A DNA stretch of 64,000 bases, from NCBI RefSeq assembly GCF_001194135.2, contig NC_068995.1:43964243-44028242 (forward strand), written 5' to 3'. Position numbers and translations under genes: made by a program. The stretch comes from Octopus bimaculoides. Its lineage: Eukaryota. The notes beneath the pieces are model-generated. The model saw only the letters and a list, made by a program, of their open reading frames with translations. It was not told the DNA's origin and ran no database searches. Positions 26,601 through 39,655 of the stretch are shown piece by piece; the stretch's first letter is position 1, and each line of letters opens with the position of its first letter.

Positions 26601-26658
26601 CTCATACTAAAGAAGGTTGCGGTCCATCGGGCCAGAACCGGAAACCATGATATATGAG
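26601..26658 (+). ncRNA. Type I hammerhead ribozyme, copy 1 (G5-to-A core substitution, probably inactive)
   Basis: CTCATA CTAAAGA A GGTT GC GGTCC ATC GGGCC AG AACC G GAAA CC AT GA TA TATGAG; stem I CTCATA/TATGAG; GAAA intact. Confidence 0.7.
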
Positions 26659-27064
26659 CCTCTGAATTGCATAACCTTTATAGGTATTCTTTTTAATTCT
26701 TTATCCGTTTTCTCACTTACTGTTATTTTGGTGCCTTCCGGCGGTTGAATTGACACTTTAGCACTCATTTCTAAATACGTTGATGCTTACAGCATCCTAA
26801 TGCTTCGTGCTAATGTTATATGTTATATAATGCTATATAATGCTATTAAACCTGTGAAGCGCTTATGTTACTACTGATAATATTATCAGTTAAAAATGTT
26901 TACCATAAGTGGTATTAACAGTAGTAACACCTTATTTCGAATGTAAACATTTCGAATGTTTTGCTCATAAATATTTGCACGATGCGGACTGGTTTTTGGT
27001 GCAAAGCAAACCAGAACGCTGATGGATTTATAGTGTGGCAGATCTGGAATTTTTACCCCAGTAA

Positions 27065-27122
27065 CTCATACTGAAGAAGGTTGCGGCCCATCGGGCCAGA
27101 ACCGGAGACCATGGTATATGAG
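27065..27122 (+). ncRNA. Type I hammerhead ribozyme, copy 2 (GAAA changed to GAGA, probably impaired)
   Basis: CTCATA CTGAAGA A GGTT GC GGCCC ATC GGGCC AG AACC G GAGA CC AT GG TA TATGAG; all three stems pair; stem III is the palindrome ACCATGGT; GUA triplet ends at 27116. Confidence 0.75.
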
Positions 27123-27410
27123 CCTCTGAATTGCATAATTTTCATAGGTATGCTTTTTAATTCTTTATCCGTTTTCTCGCTTACTGTTATTTTCTATTAT
27201 TTTGGTGCCTTCCGGTCGTTGAGCTAAGCGGCTTCACTTTACGTACTTTAGCTTTGTTACTATTGCAACAGTTCGGACACTTATTGATCAGATCTTGTAT
27301 ATATGTATATATATACGCCCACATATACGTATGTCTGTGAGCGTGTGTACATAATTTTTTGACCAGTTATATGCAATAACTATTCACATATATTTCTCCT
27401 CAGTATAGAT

Positions 27411-27443
<33 letters not shown>

Positions 27444-27446
27444 AAC

Positions 27447-27512
<66 letters not shown>

Positions 27513-29294
27513 TTTATCATTTTGCTTCGTTTTAACTTCATGTTTTACGCGTGTAATTGTTGTTTTCTTTTTGTCTTTTCAAACGGTAATATTTTCTTGA
27601 AATCAACAATTATTGAAAATTATTAATTATGAAAATTTACAAACGAAGCTTTGCACATTTACACTATGTTGAACTATGTGCAAAATTTATTGATCTGCTT
27701 CTACCTAACTAAAATGATAACCAAGAGAATAATATGATGTTATAAATATATTTGAATTGTGCCAGAATGAGGATATTAATCAACTGATGAAAATTGTAGC
27801 TTCAACCGTGCATCCTATATATAATGAGGCTCCGTAACGTCTAAACGTATACAGGGCAACTCCAAAATAGATTCAACATAGCATAGAACTACTACGGCGG
27901 AAATCATAGCAAAGATACAGTGTGTTATAAAGATGTTAGATTATACAGAAATATGATTATAGATAGGTTCAAAATGATTCCAAAATTGAAGAGATTCGTT
28001 TCAAAGACATCAACAAAAGTTTTATTAAGAAATTCAGTTATTGTGTAGTTTAAAGATGCCAGACAATGATCTTTAGAGAGTTTTTGAATTTGGTTACCAC
28101 ATAACAATTACTTCCAAATATTTTGTCGTAAAAGACAAGGAATATTATTTGGATGTGGTCAATCTACTAATCTACTGCAAGCATAACTGACTTTCATGAG
28201 GATGTTTTCCTCAAAACGAATTATTTTTTATTGTTTGTACTCGGTACCGTTCGTACCTTACCAATTCTATTCCTCATATTTTCTCTTGTTATTCTGTTAC
28301 ATTTTTCATTCTCGTTATTATTCAATCTTACTTTCTTCTTTCTATCTCCGAAATCATTTTTTGTTGTTTTTTTTTGTTTTTTTGTTTTTTTTGTTACTTA
28401 CTGACTCTGTATGACGAGGCGGCACCCGTGACCTCTACAGACCTTTCAAGATAGATAAGTTTCATGCTGTTAATATTCAGTTTTAACCGTCAGGTTTAGA
28501 TTCCAGAGGGGCGAAATTTGTGAGAAAGAAGGAATTGCCGGACGATGTGTACCAGGCCGGTGCGTTCGACACAGGACCGGTATGAGCGAGAGACACAGAA
28601 GCCATTGACTCAATATTTTTACTTTTTCTATTTATTTCCATGAATTATAATTTTTTATCCTTCCTTATTGTGTTAAATGGTGTTCTACCCTCATTTCTGG
28701 TTCCTCGTGTTCATATCGCCTCTGATTTCCCGTTAATATCCACATACCACTTGTCTCCATTCATCGCTTTTATCCTTATTTATACGATACTTGGGTCCTC
28801 GTCAGAAGTAAATTCTCTTCACAGAATTCCAACCAATCTCACATTTTGCTCTTTACTACAGAGTTGATATAATTAACCAGGGGATATTAATCGTATTGTA
28901 TTATAGGAAATCCATTTCAAAGAAAGACAGGACACTTTAACGGAACTTGAAATCAAACACATTCACTATATTTATCTCTTCTGATTGAAACAAAGAATGA
29001 TTTCTTCCCTACAGCATAAAAATATTTAGACTTTTGGAACCAAAGTGAAGAATGTTTATGTCCAAAAGTATGCAAATAAGTTCAATGGTTTTAACCACAA
29101 ATAGAAATTTTAATGTAAATTGAATTCGCCCTCTAGCTTGGCTCTAAGATAATTTGACGTGCGTGCAATAGAAAATTTGATTCACCCTCTGGCTTGTTTC
29201 TAAGATAATAGTCAGTTGAACAGCAATGATACTGAAAGACAAGAGCTAATGTTGTTCAAATTGATTCAGCATTTTATCGATTTCAAATTTTGGT

Positions 29295-29480
29295 ACAAAG
29301 CCAGCAAGTCTGGGAGAGGGGTTGGTCGATGAAATGGACCCCAATGCTCAACTGGAACTTATTTTATCGACCCCGAAATCATGAAAGATAAAGTCAACCT
29401 CAGCGAAATTTTAACTCAGAAGGTGAAGACGGACGAAATGCTGCCCGGCAAGTTAACGATTCTGCCAGCTCGTCACCTTG
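29295..29480 (-). mobile_element. SINE family E
   Basis: Minus strand GGTGACGAGCTGGCAGAATCGTTAAC...TTCTGAGTTAAAATTTCGCTGAGGTTGACTTT...GGGGTC. Confidence 0.85.
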
Positions 29481-30059
29481 ATCCAATTGTTTATAGTTTA
29501 CAGAGCAGTATGGTTATTATTAGGACAGTAAAGTAGCCCAACCAACACTCTACTGTGTCAATTTTTTGCTACTGCATGAGTGAGAGACAAAATCTGAAGA
29601 ACGAATAAATGTAATTGATATTGACCAGTTTAAACTGACTTCTTGAAAGAATATTTTCTCCGAAAGAGTAAGGACGGAATATTTTTAAGACAACAAAATA
29701 GAATGTTAATTTCCGTGAGAAAAGAACAATTGAAATAGCTGGGGACTATTTTATTCTATTGGGAAACAGGTTAAAATTAAATTAGTTCAAAAGCAACACA
29801 ATTAAAGAAATAAATACTACATAACCAAAACTATTATTTTGTTCTGTTTAACGCCAAATCGAAAACACCATTCCAAGTTATTTACCATATGCATCCATAA
29901 TTACATTTATTTATTTATTTATTTATTTTTGCTTTCGTTTTTGTAAATCCATTTGATCGAAGTCAAAGGTTTAGACACTTTGTTATTTATAAATTGGAGC
30001 TTAAAATTCAATTGAGCCATAAACTTAGCGTAGTGGCAATAGACAAAATAACCATCCGG

Positions 30060-30140
30060 CAAAGTCACCCGCATGCGGGTTCGAAATCTATTTGAGTGTA
30101 TCTGTTGTTTTGTTAAGAAAGAGAGAAACAGAAGGAAAGG

Positions 30141-30197
<57 letters not shown>

Positions 30198-30380
30198 CCC
30201 ACTAACCACCAGCACATACTCTATCAAGAAACAATAAGAAATACACAAAGAACCTACACTATCGTAAATAATTTAAACCAATCAGAATCGACGGTCACAG
30301 CGAGCTATTGACGAAAGAATGAAACGCATATTTAACATAACCAGGAACTTCTTCCGTCAGATACCAATCGGACGTAAACG
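30060..30380. promoter_or_regulatory. Possible promoter-like motif cluster
   Basis: CCAATCAG (30278), CCAATCGG (30364), ETS-like CTTCCG (30351) and palindrome CCCGCATGCGGG (30068-30079) in locally CpG-richer DNA. Motifs only; no linked transcript. Confidence 0.2.
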
Positions 30381-30842
30381 TGATGTTGCTCTCTTAACAC
30401 AGGATCTCTTTATCCGTGGGTGTCAACTGCATTAAAAAAGAATTTGGTCCAAAGGTGTTTCGGAATATACAAAGACAAACGTTTGTACACGGAACACAAA
30501 TATCGAACATATAAATAATAACCGTTAATAGGTTGAAAAAATTACCCATAAATATGTTTGTATATGGGCTTGCATGTAGGGAGACTATGTACGAAAACTC
30601 TGTGTATGTGTGTGTGTGTGGGTACATGTGTTGGGAGATTAAGTGTAAGTGTTAAGTGTACGTGTGTGTGTATACGATAATCGCTCGTTTTCTTCCGAAT
30701 TCAATAACTAATTGTTTCAATCTTGTCTGTGTGTTTTTATCGATAATATACATAAAAAGAGTATCTCTCTTTATTTACACGATTTCTGGTTACTCGGAGA
30801 CTCGTGGAAGCAATCTACCGGATAAGCCGATAACTCATTCTG

Positions 30843-30893
<51 letters not shown>

Positions 30894-30973
30894 TATATAT
30901 AGATATAGGGCAGGGAATCGTCAATTAGTAATAAAATTAACAATTACCTGTATATTTATGATTNNNNNNNNNN

Positions 30974-31013
<40 letters not shown>

Positions 31014-31187
31014 CATATCTATATATGTGCATATCTATATATGTGTATGTATGTATGTATGTATGTATGTATGATGTTTTAGCTGTTGAATAGAAAATAT
31101 GATTTACACTCCATATATGGTTCTAATTGCAGTAATCGATGAATTTTGGCTTTCTTTCGGTTGTTGCTATTGTCTTCTGTTGTTGTA

Positions 31188-31245
<58 letters not shown>

Positions 31246-32262
31246 CGACGACGACCACCACCACCACCACNNNNNNNNNNNNNNNNNNNNNNNNNNNNNN
31301 NNNNNNNNNNNNNNNNNNNNNNNNNNNNNNNNNNNNNNNNNNNNNNNNNNNNNNNNNNNNNNNNNNNNNNNNNNNNNNNNNNNNNNNNNNNNNNNNNNNN
31401 NNNNNNNNNNNNNNNNNNNNNNNNNNNNNNNNNNNNNNNNNNNNNNNNNNNNNNNNNNNNNNNNNNNNNNNNNNNNNNNNNNNNNNNNNNNNNNNNNNNN
31501 NNNNNNNNNNNNNNNNNNNNNNNNNNNNNNNNNNNNNNNNNNNNNNNNNNNNNNNNNNNNNNNNNNNNNGTAATGCGATGATGATGGTGCTGGTGGTGGT
31601 GGTGGTGGTAGCGGCGGCAGCTATGATGATGATCATCATCGTCATCATCGTCATCATCATCATCATCATCATCATCATCGTCTTGAAGATGGTTGTAATT
31701 ATTGGTGATGGATGTAGTGATCTCATTGATGGAATTTGTGACAATAATGAGGAGCAAAATTTTTGTTCTTGCAGTTGTTGATAAGGTTTATTATATTCGA
31801 TTTAAATATTGATCATATAGCCATTGATGATGCTGGTTCTGCTCTCCTAGTTGTTGTTGTTATTGCTATCGTCGTTTCTACCAATAGCACCCAGGGTACC
31901 CTCTTCTTGCCTTACACCAATACCACTGCTTCCATCCTCGACAATCTCGGCGTCTTATTATATGAAACTCTTTTTTGAATTACGTTGGTTTCCGTTCAGA
32001 ATCATACCGTAGTCTTTCTACTCCGCATTTAAAAAATCTCGCTCACTATCTCTTTATCTCTATCACTCTCTTTCTCCCTCTTTCCCCTCTCTCCCTCTCT
32101 TTCCCCCTCTCTCTTCCTATACCGCTCTCTACCTATCTATCACTCACTGTTACTCTCTCTTTCTCTCTCGCGCTCTCTCTCTCTCTCACATACGCATGCA
32201 TACATGCAAATAAATATATACATATACAAACATATATATATATACATTCACATGCAAATATA

Positions 32263-32315
<53 letters not shown>

Positions 32316-32831
32316 NNNNNNNNNNNNNNNNNNNNNNNNNNNNNNNNNNNNNNNNNNNNNNNNNNNNNNNNNNNNNNNNNNNNNNNNNNNNNNNNNNNNN
32401 NNNNNNNNNNNNNNNNNNNNNNNNNNNNNNNNNNNNNNNNNNNNNNNNNNNNNNNNNNNNNNNNNNNNNNNNNNNNNNNNNNNNNNNNNNNNNNNNNNNN
32501 NNNNNNNNNNNNNNNNNNNNNNNNNNNNNNNNNNNNNNNNNNNNNNNNNNNNNNNNNNNNNNNNNNNNNNNNNNNNNNNNNNNNNNNNNNNNNNNNNNNN
32601 NNNNNNNNNNNNNNNNNNNNNNNNNNNNNNNNNNNNNNNNNNNNNNNNNNNNNNNNNNNNNNNNNNNNNNNNNNNNNNNNNNNNNNNNNNNNNNNNNNNN
32701 NNNNNNNNNNNNNNNNNNNNNNNNNNNNNNNNNNNNNNNNNNNNNNNNNNNNNNNNNNNNNNNNNNNNNNNNNNNNNNNNNNNNNNNNNNNNNNNNNNNN
32801 NNNNNNNNNNNNNNNNNNNNNNNNNNNNNNN

Positions 32832-32897
<66 letters not shown>

Positions 32898-34049
32898 TGC
32901 ATGTCTCTGGTAATGTATTTATATTAATGAATTACAAATTATGCCTTATTATAAAGAAACAATGGAAATATCCGTGAGCACTTGAAGCATAAAAGACTGT
33001 GTTGAGAGGATTTATAATTTTCAGTGTTTTAAAAATACAAAATGTAAAAATAAAAAGGTAATATATGAGAGAATGCAATTTCGATGNNNNNNNNNNAGCA
33101 AACATTAGAATACAACGTAGCCACCTTCATCAACACCGTCACATGTTTCTTCACCACCAGCGTTTACCACTACAAATATCTCTGTTAGCACTAAGTAAAC
33201 GATAAGCTCTGCTGTCACATTATTTATGTTCATAATCATCGTCATTTCATTCCTATTTTTATTATATATACGCATCGTTTCTTTGACGCTTTTCCAACTG
33301 CATAGAAAATGTTTCACTGAAAAGGTCTTATCGTAGCGAAACATATTAAGGTTAACGACCAGATCTACTCTAATATGATGAACATCGAAAATACATTCTC
33401 CATATTTTTGGCACATGGTTTCCATGAGTTCATTTCCACCCTCTACTGTTGAGTTAATGTAATTCATATTCTGTTGATCTAAATTTATTGAAATAGAAGC
33501 ATATATTTCTGCTTAAATATACTACCGTTATTTCAATTAATTTCGAAAATAATGAAGAAAGAATTTAGTAAAGAACTCGACCGTTATTAAGCTGGTTTTT
33601 GAAACACAGATTGACATAAAATTTTGATCAAATATTTTATTTTGGATCAGTTTAAAATAGGAAGTTTATATTATGAAACCAGGAGGCACTCAGTCGGATT
33701 TGGTATCCAATGCAGATTCTTTCTATGCATTCCAATATGCATCGTCAATGTTTTCAGAAAATTATGATTATCTAATTTTATTGGAATTAGTTCCTTGCTG
33801 TTTTCATTTCATTTGTTTTCATAGACGCTCTTCTATGGTATTATCTATATTTTCTAAAATTTTAGATTCACCGATTGCTTCTTATTTCTTCATTTAAAAT
33901 ACAAATAATAGAATTATTTTATATATGAAGGTAATCTCTTAACTCACTATATTGCATATTTAAGATCATAGCGTATGCGTATTTACATTACAGGAATCTT
34001 ATTGGGGCGCTTTTGTCTGACATATTTCAAAATCGAAATTTATATTTCG

Positions 34050-34400
34050 TTACCATCATCGCTTACTGCCATAGGCTTAGGGCCTCCATGATGTGAGAGA
34101 CATAACGCAACAATTTCTGCCACTATTGTCGATGTTCTCTTATGAATGATGTTCTCTTAACACCTCTACAGCAAATATTCATGCGATTCAGGACTTCCTG
34201 TCCGGCTCCAAATGTTTTTGGCTCCATTCTCCTTCTTCCAGTATCCACATCATTGCAGTTAGCACATGCTGATTGGCTGAGAGGTACAAAATGTGATCTG
34301 TAATTCGAAACAGACGTAACGACGTGGATTTCTTTCTCAGAAAGATTTCTTCATTCGTAATTCCATCTCGCCAAATAAATTTCCGGTTCATTTAATCTGT
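34050..34400 (-). mobile_element. RTE-clade LINE 3' remnant
   Basis: Minus ORF fragment FIWRDGITNEEIF resembles the RTE ORF2 C-terminal I.W.D.ITNEE motif. Confidence 0.5.
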
Positions 34401-35082
34401 CATCTGGTTTATCAAACATTCACAAGTATACGCACACACACACATACACACACATGCACACATGTATATAATAAGAGTATGTATATTCATACATACTTAT
34501 ATTTATATACATTTATATACAATACGTGTGTGTGCGTGTATGTATGTTATAGTTTAGGTCTTTCATGATCCTACTGGATCATAAGGTCGGACTTTATCTT
34601 GGTGTCTATGCCGTACATATGACTAAGATACAGTACTCCCCACTGGATAGTACTCACAGGCTGCTGTAACTCATTTTCAGTTGAAAGGAAAGGAATAACA
34701 GAAAATGAAGTGTTTTATTCATTTCTCATTTGTGGAAATCGAAATCGCGATCATCCCATGCGCCTTTACACAACACAAACGCAAGCGGGCGGGCGCACGG
34801 GCGCATGTAATCGTGCACACACAGACACAGGTACAAAAACAGATAGATACATTTCTTTTATTAGCCACACAGGGCTCAACGAAGATGGGACAAATACAAT
34901 GTAGAGCTTTTCTTTTTGGGAGGGGGAAGGNNNNNNNNNNNNNNNNNNNNNNNNNNNNNNNNNNNNNNNNNNNNNNNNNNNNNNNNNNNNNNNNNNNNNN
35001 NNNNNNNNNNNNNNNNNNNNNNNNNNNNNNNNNNNNNNNNNNNNNNNNNNNNNNNNNNNNNNNNNNNNNNNNNNNNNNNNNG

Positions 35083-35148
35083 ACAGACAGCTGGACAGAC
35101 AGCTGGACAGACAGCTGGACAGACAGCTGGACAGACAGCTGGACAGAC
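35083..35148. repeat. 12-bp tandem repeat (CTGGACAGACAG)n grading into (GATA)n
   Basis: About five direct units visible after the gap. Confidence 0.9.
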
Positions 35149-35168
35149 AGGCAGAGAGATAGGCAGAC

Positions 35169-35225
<57 letters not shown>

Positions 35226-36089
35226 TGGCAATAACGACCTACAATTCTATTATTACTACTACTATGTCTACGATTCTGACCATGTCTTTCCTAATCCCTG
35301 GCATCACGACCAATTTTATGAACATCGATAATAACCCGATTCCAAGGACCTTCTGTACAAGATAAATTTTCAAACAAGCAAATATCATTTCAGTTACGTT
35401 GATCACATCAGGAAAAATTAATCATTTTTCAGTCAAACAAACATATGACCGATAGAGTACGTAACTTCGTAAAATGTACCACTCTACTTTCTTTGCTATT
35501 AATCTGAAGCTAAATCTGTTTTCATGTTAATCCTTATAATCTTATATACTCAAAGGCATCTTCCTAATCCTAACTCTTTGAACTCGGCAGTGTGGTTAAA
35601 TATCTTTTGTACAACGAACTCAAAATTTTAATACCAGAATCGATTATGGTTCCAGAATGAGTCAGAAAATCATTTAGACATAGTTTAACCCATTAATAGA
35701 TAAGATTAGCAATCCACCGGTATTATTAGCTCTGTGCTTTTGACAAAGATTTCTCTGCTTTGAGAAGTTTCTAAGATACTAAATATTGCAGCTATTGCCA
35801 TTCTATGTTTGTATACGAATTATTAAGGTGTTTCTAGTGCGTATATTAAATTCTAAAGTGTCTACCTTTCGCACAAATTATCAAATGTCGTGTTCACCGA
35901 TTTTTATAATGAAAAAAGAATTTTCGGTTTAGCTCGGGTTATTCGTCACCGAAAAAAACTAGATCAGGGGGTAACACTGGCGTTCTGAGCGAAACCCTTT
36001 GTTTTTAACACTTTGTAAATATGTGTGTGTGTGTATTTGTGTGCGTGTGTGTGTGTGTGTGTGTGTGAGTGTTTGTATGTATGTATATG

Positions 36090-36235
36090 TACGAGGTCTG
36101 ATCAATAAGTATCCAGACTGTCGCCTTAGTAACTAAGCTAAAGCACGCAGAGTAAACCCGTTTCGTAAAGATTGACCTTGAACTCCGCTGTGCATCCCGT
36201 TTAATAGTCCCACCACGCCACAACATTAAACAAAA
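36090..36235 (+). mobile_element. Mariner-type 5' terminal fragment
   Basis: TA+CGAGGTCTGATCAATAAGTATCC, a mariner-like TIR start. No coding remnant or partner TIR found. Confidence 0.55.
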
Positions 36236-36468
36236 TCTTTCCCTGTCGTAAAGAATGCTAAGAGATCTTTTTCCCTGTTCTGATAAAAAAAAAAAAAAAC
36301 TTTTTAAACTCAGTGACTTTAAATTACCCCAAAACAGGTCTGAAACTTAGAGCAGCAGAAAAAANNNNNNNNNNAAAAAAGTTAGAGTTTGTTGGCCAGT
36401 GTTTATCTTAAGATGTTATTTTTAGGTTACACACACATACACATGTGCGCGTGCGCGTGCGCGCGCGC

Positions 36469-36507
<39 letters not shown>

Positions 36508-36788
36508 TGTGTCTGAGTGTGTGCGCGTGTGTGTAGAGAGAGAGAGAAGGGGAGGAGAGAACAGGCGCACTGATAGATAGGTAGATTGATATGGATATAC
36601 ATATTCACATATATATAGAGAGAGATATACATATCCACATATATCAAGTATATATGTACTAACATAAATGTAGATGCTTGTTTAATAAAAACAGTCTGAC
36701 AAAGGTATTCTCTTTAATTCGAAGACATATCCCGGGACATAGTGGTTTTGTGTTTTGTTGGGTTTTTACTATGCGTAAGTTTGTTTGT

Positions 36789-37171
36789 GTGGAGGCGCAA
36801 TGGCCCAGTGGTTAGGGCAGCGGACTCGCGCTCATAGGATCGTGGTTTCGATTCCCAGACCGGGCGTTGTGAGTGTTTATTGAGAGAAGACACCTAAAGC
36901 TCCACGAGGCTCCGGCAGGGGATGGTGGCCAATCCTGCTGTACTTCCACCACAACTTTCTCTCACTCTTACTTCCTGTTTCTGTTGTGCCTGTAATTCAA
37001 AGGGTCAGCCTTGTCACACTGTGTTACGCTGAATATCCCGAGAACTACGTTAATGGTACAGGTGTCTGTGGAGTGCTCAGCTACTTGCACGTTAATTTCA
37101 CGAGCAGGCTGTTCCGTTGATCGGATCAACTGGAACCCTCGACGTCGTAAGCGACGGAGTGCCAACAACAA
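36789..37171 (+). mobile_element. Full-length SINE family C with 12-bp target-site duplication
   Basis: A-box TGGCCCAGTGG, B-box GTTTCGATTCC, tail GTGCCAACAACA. TSD AAGTTTGTTTGT at 36777-36788 and 37172-37183. Confidence 0.95.
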
Positions 37172-38038
37172 AAGTTTGTTTGTAGGAGAGCAAGTGTATA
37201 TATGTGTGTGTACATACCTGCTTAATGAAATTTTAAAGAATGCTTACAAATGTGCGCACATATGCGTATGTTTGGTCCGTAAATGTATGATCGTTTTAAA
37301 TAGCAGTGAATCCATATTAGATAAAGTACCGTGCAACAAGATTTACGCCTGCAGAACATCGCGTAACTTTTATTATTATGCTATTGTCGAAACAGTATTT
37401 CACAACTTTACAAATAATGTTTAAAACAAATACTAGTATAAGCTTTTATCTTTACACATTCGTAATTGTTTAGCATTAAGCTCATCCTAGCAAATCGTAC
37501 CAAATGCTCTTACTAAACTCTACTTGTAAGAACAAACATTCATTTGATTTGGAAGAATTTTCTAAAGAGAAGTTTGTTCTTAAATTTGTTAGAGCTACGA
37601 AAAGAAATGACACTTTTAAATCAAATGACATTTTCATGGAAATATTCTAGTCTCCAAAGAATATTCCATGATAAAGATATTCCATTAAAGTTAGTGCCAT
37701 GGATCTTTACAACAAAATATATTACAAGAATTAAATGTGCGTTTTTACAGAACTACTTGCTCTTAATTCAGTTTTCTTTCAGTAGCTTCACAATTAAAGA
37801 AGTCGGTGTAGAATGTTTAGAGACTAAAATATTGACCGAAAAGTGTAAAACAATTCCCGGGGATATTTCTTTGAGTTGCTGGATAACTGTTAATGCCTTT
37901 ACCAATTCTAACAGATCAAAAATGAATAACACAAAGAGAAAATGTTAATAGATGTAGACAACATGGCACTTTGGTTTAATCTGAAAAAGTATTAATATAT
38001 ACCTACATTTGTGTGAGTGTGTGTATATATGTGTGTGT

Positions 38039-38072
<34 letters not shown>

Positions 38073-38312
38073 CTGTGAGTGAGTGCGTATGTGTGTGCGT
38101 GCGCGCGCACAGGAATGGTTGAGCGGCTATAGTAGAAGGCACTTACCCACCACTTACCACGAGGTGACATCTTGGGAAAATGTCTTCTACAATAACCGCG
38201 GGTAGACCAAAGCATTCTGAANNNNNNNNNNNNNNNNNNNNNNNNNNNNNNNNNNNNNNNNNNNNNNNNNNNNNNNNNNNNNNNNNNNNNNNNNNNNNNN
38301 NNNNNNNNNNNN

Positions 38313-38375
<63 letters not shown>

Positions 38376-38902
38376 CCTGTGTATGACTATGTGTGTGTCT
38401 GCGTCTTAGTGCTTGTGCTTGTACTCCGCCATCGAACATAGCGGTTCAGCAAAAGACCGATCACATACGAATTTGCTCGTTTGTGTGTATGTCTGTCTGT
38501 ATGTATGTATGTATCTACGAATGCATACATTAATTGGTCTAAAATCATTGATACTAATGCACTGTGTCGTTGCTTAGTGATGTAAAGAGTACAAGAATCA
38601 CGTTATTTCGATATGTAATATAAAGCAGAGACATTTGTATCGTCTGAAAGAAATATCATTCACTTAAAATCTAGACACCTTCTCTATTCTCTATTCTCAG
38701 CATTTAAGAGCTATATATTTCTAGTGAACATGTGAAAGTTGTGTATATACAAACACCGTTTAAAATTTGTCTCTAAAAAAATCAATAACTTCATACAGCG
38801 CCAAGCCATTCAATATATTCGAGCTGTTCGTATTAAATCAACATAGACGTAATCACAATCTGCTCTTGCGGATTCTCAGAATCTATCAAGCCATATATAT
38901 AA

Positions 38903-38962
<60 letters not shown>

Positions 38963-39279
38963 GTGTGTCTGTTTGTGTGTGTGTGTTTGTGTGTATTTGT
39001 TGAACAAATGCAAAACTTGACCTATTACTACAATATCTACAAACTCCATCTATTAATTCAACATGTTTGGACTTGTACAATTACACAAAAATATACAGAT
39101 TTGGCCTTTTTAACTTGGCATGTAAAGACTTCATCCAATCAACGTATACATACTTTAGTCTATCCAATCAACATATAGATAATTTAGCCTATCGAATTAA
39201 CAGACATATAGTGTCCGGACGACAAGTCCTTAAATTATGTGGATTAGTTCGATCTCCCTGGGAATGAGAAAATGTAAAA

Positions 39280-39655
39280 AGCTGCAGTTTAATGTCCATC
39301 AGAAAACATTCAATCCATAGCTTTCCTCGATTTCCAATGTTGAATAGATTCTTTAATAGCATGTTTTGATCAACCTTGTCGAGTGTCTTGCTGAAGTCAA
39401 GATGCATGGAACCTGCACTGGAGCCATCACCCAGAGCCTTTAAGGTGCCATCAAAGAGACGCGGGAGCTGTGTTAGGCAAAGCCTGCCATTGCGAAAGCT
39501 ATGCTAGCTGGGAATAGGCAGGCTGTGACTCTCCAGAATGTGAGTTACTCGAGATCTAATACTCACTCAAATAATTTAATGAGAGGAGTGTTAAGTGAAA
39601 TTAGTTGGCAATTCTCCACAATTTGTTGCCTTTTTTGTGAATCCAAGAGAATTTT
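39280..39655 (-). mobile_element. CR1/L2-type LINE reverse-transcriptase fragment
   Basis: IHKKGNK..ENCQLISL...IKLFE*V, then S*HSFRNGRLCLTQL...MHLDFSKTLDKVDQNMLLKNL.NIGNRGKL.WIECFL: N-terminal RT motifs with stops. Confidence 0.85.

Larger units (their letters stand above)
26577..27222 (+). mobile_element. Retrozyme-like / non-autonomous Penelope-like element: two ~172-bp direct repeats (26577-26748, 27041-27222) flanking a 292-bp spacer
   Basis: By-eye alignment: about 12 substitutions and one 10-bp insertion between copies; offset 464 bp; each copy contains a hammerhead fold. Confidence 0.7.

Noticed and set aside
33105-33467. 120-aa minus-strand ORF
   Set aside because: No recognisable motif; the opposite strand is degenerate CAT/CAC low-complexity sequence.
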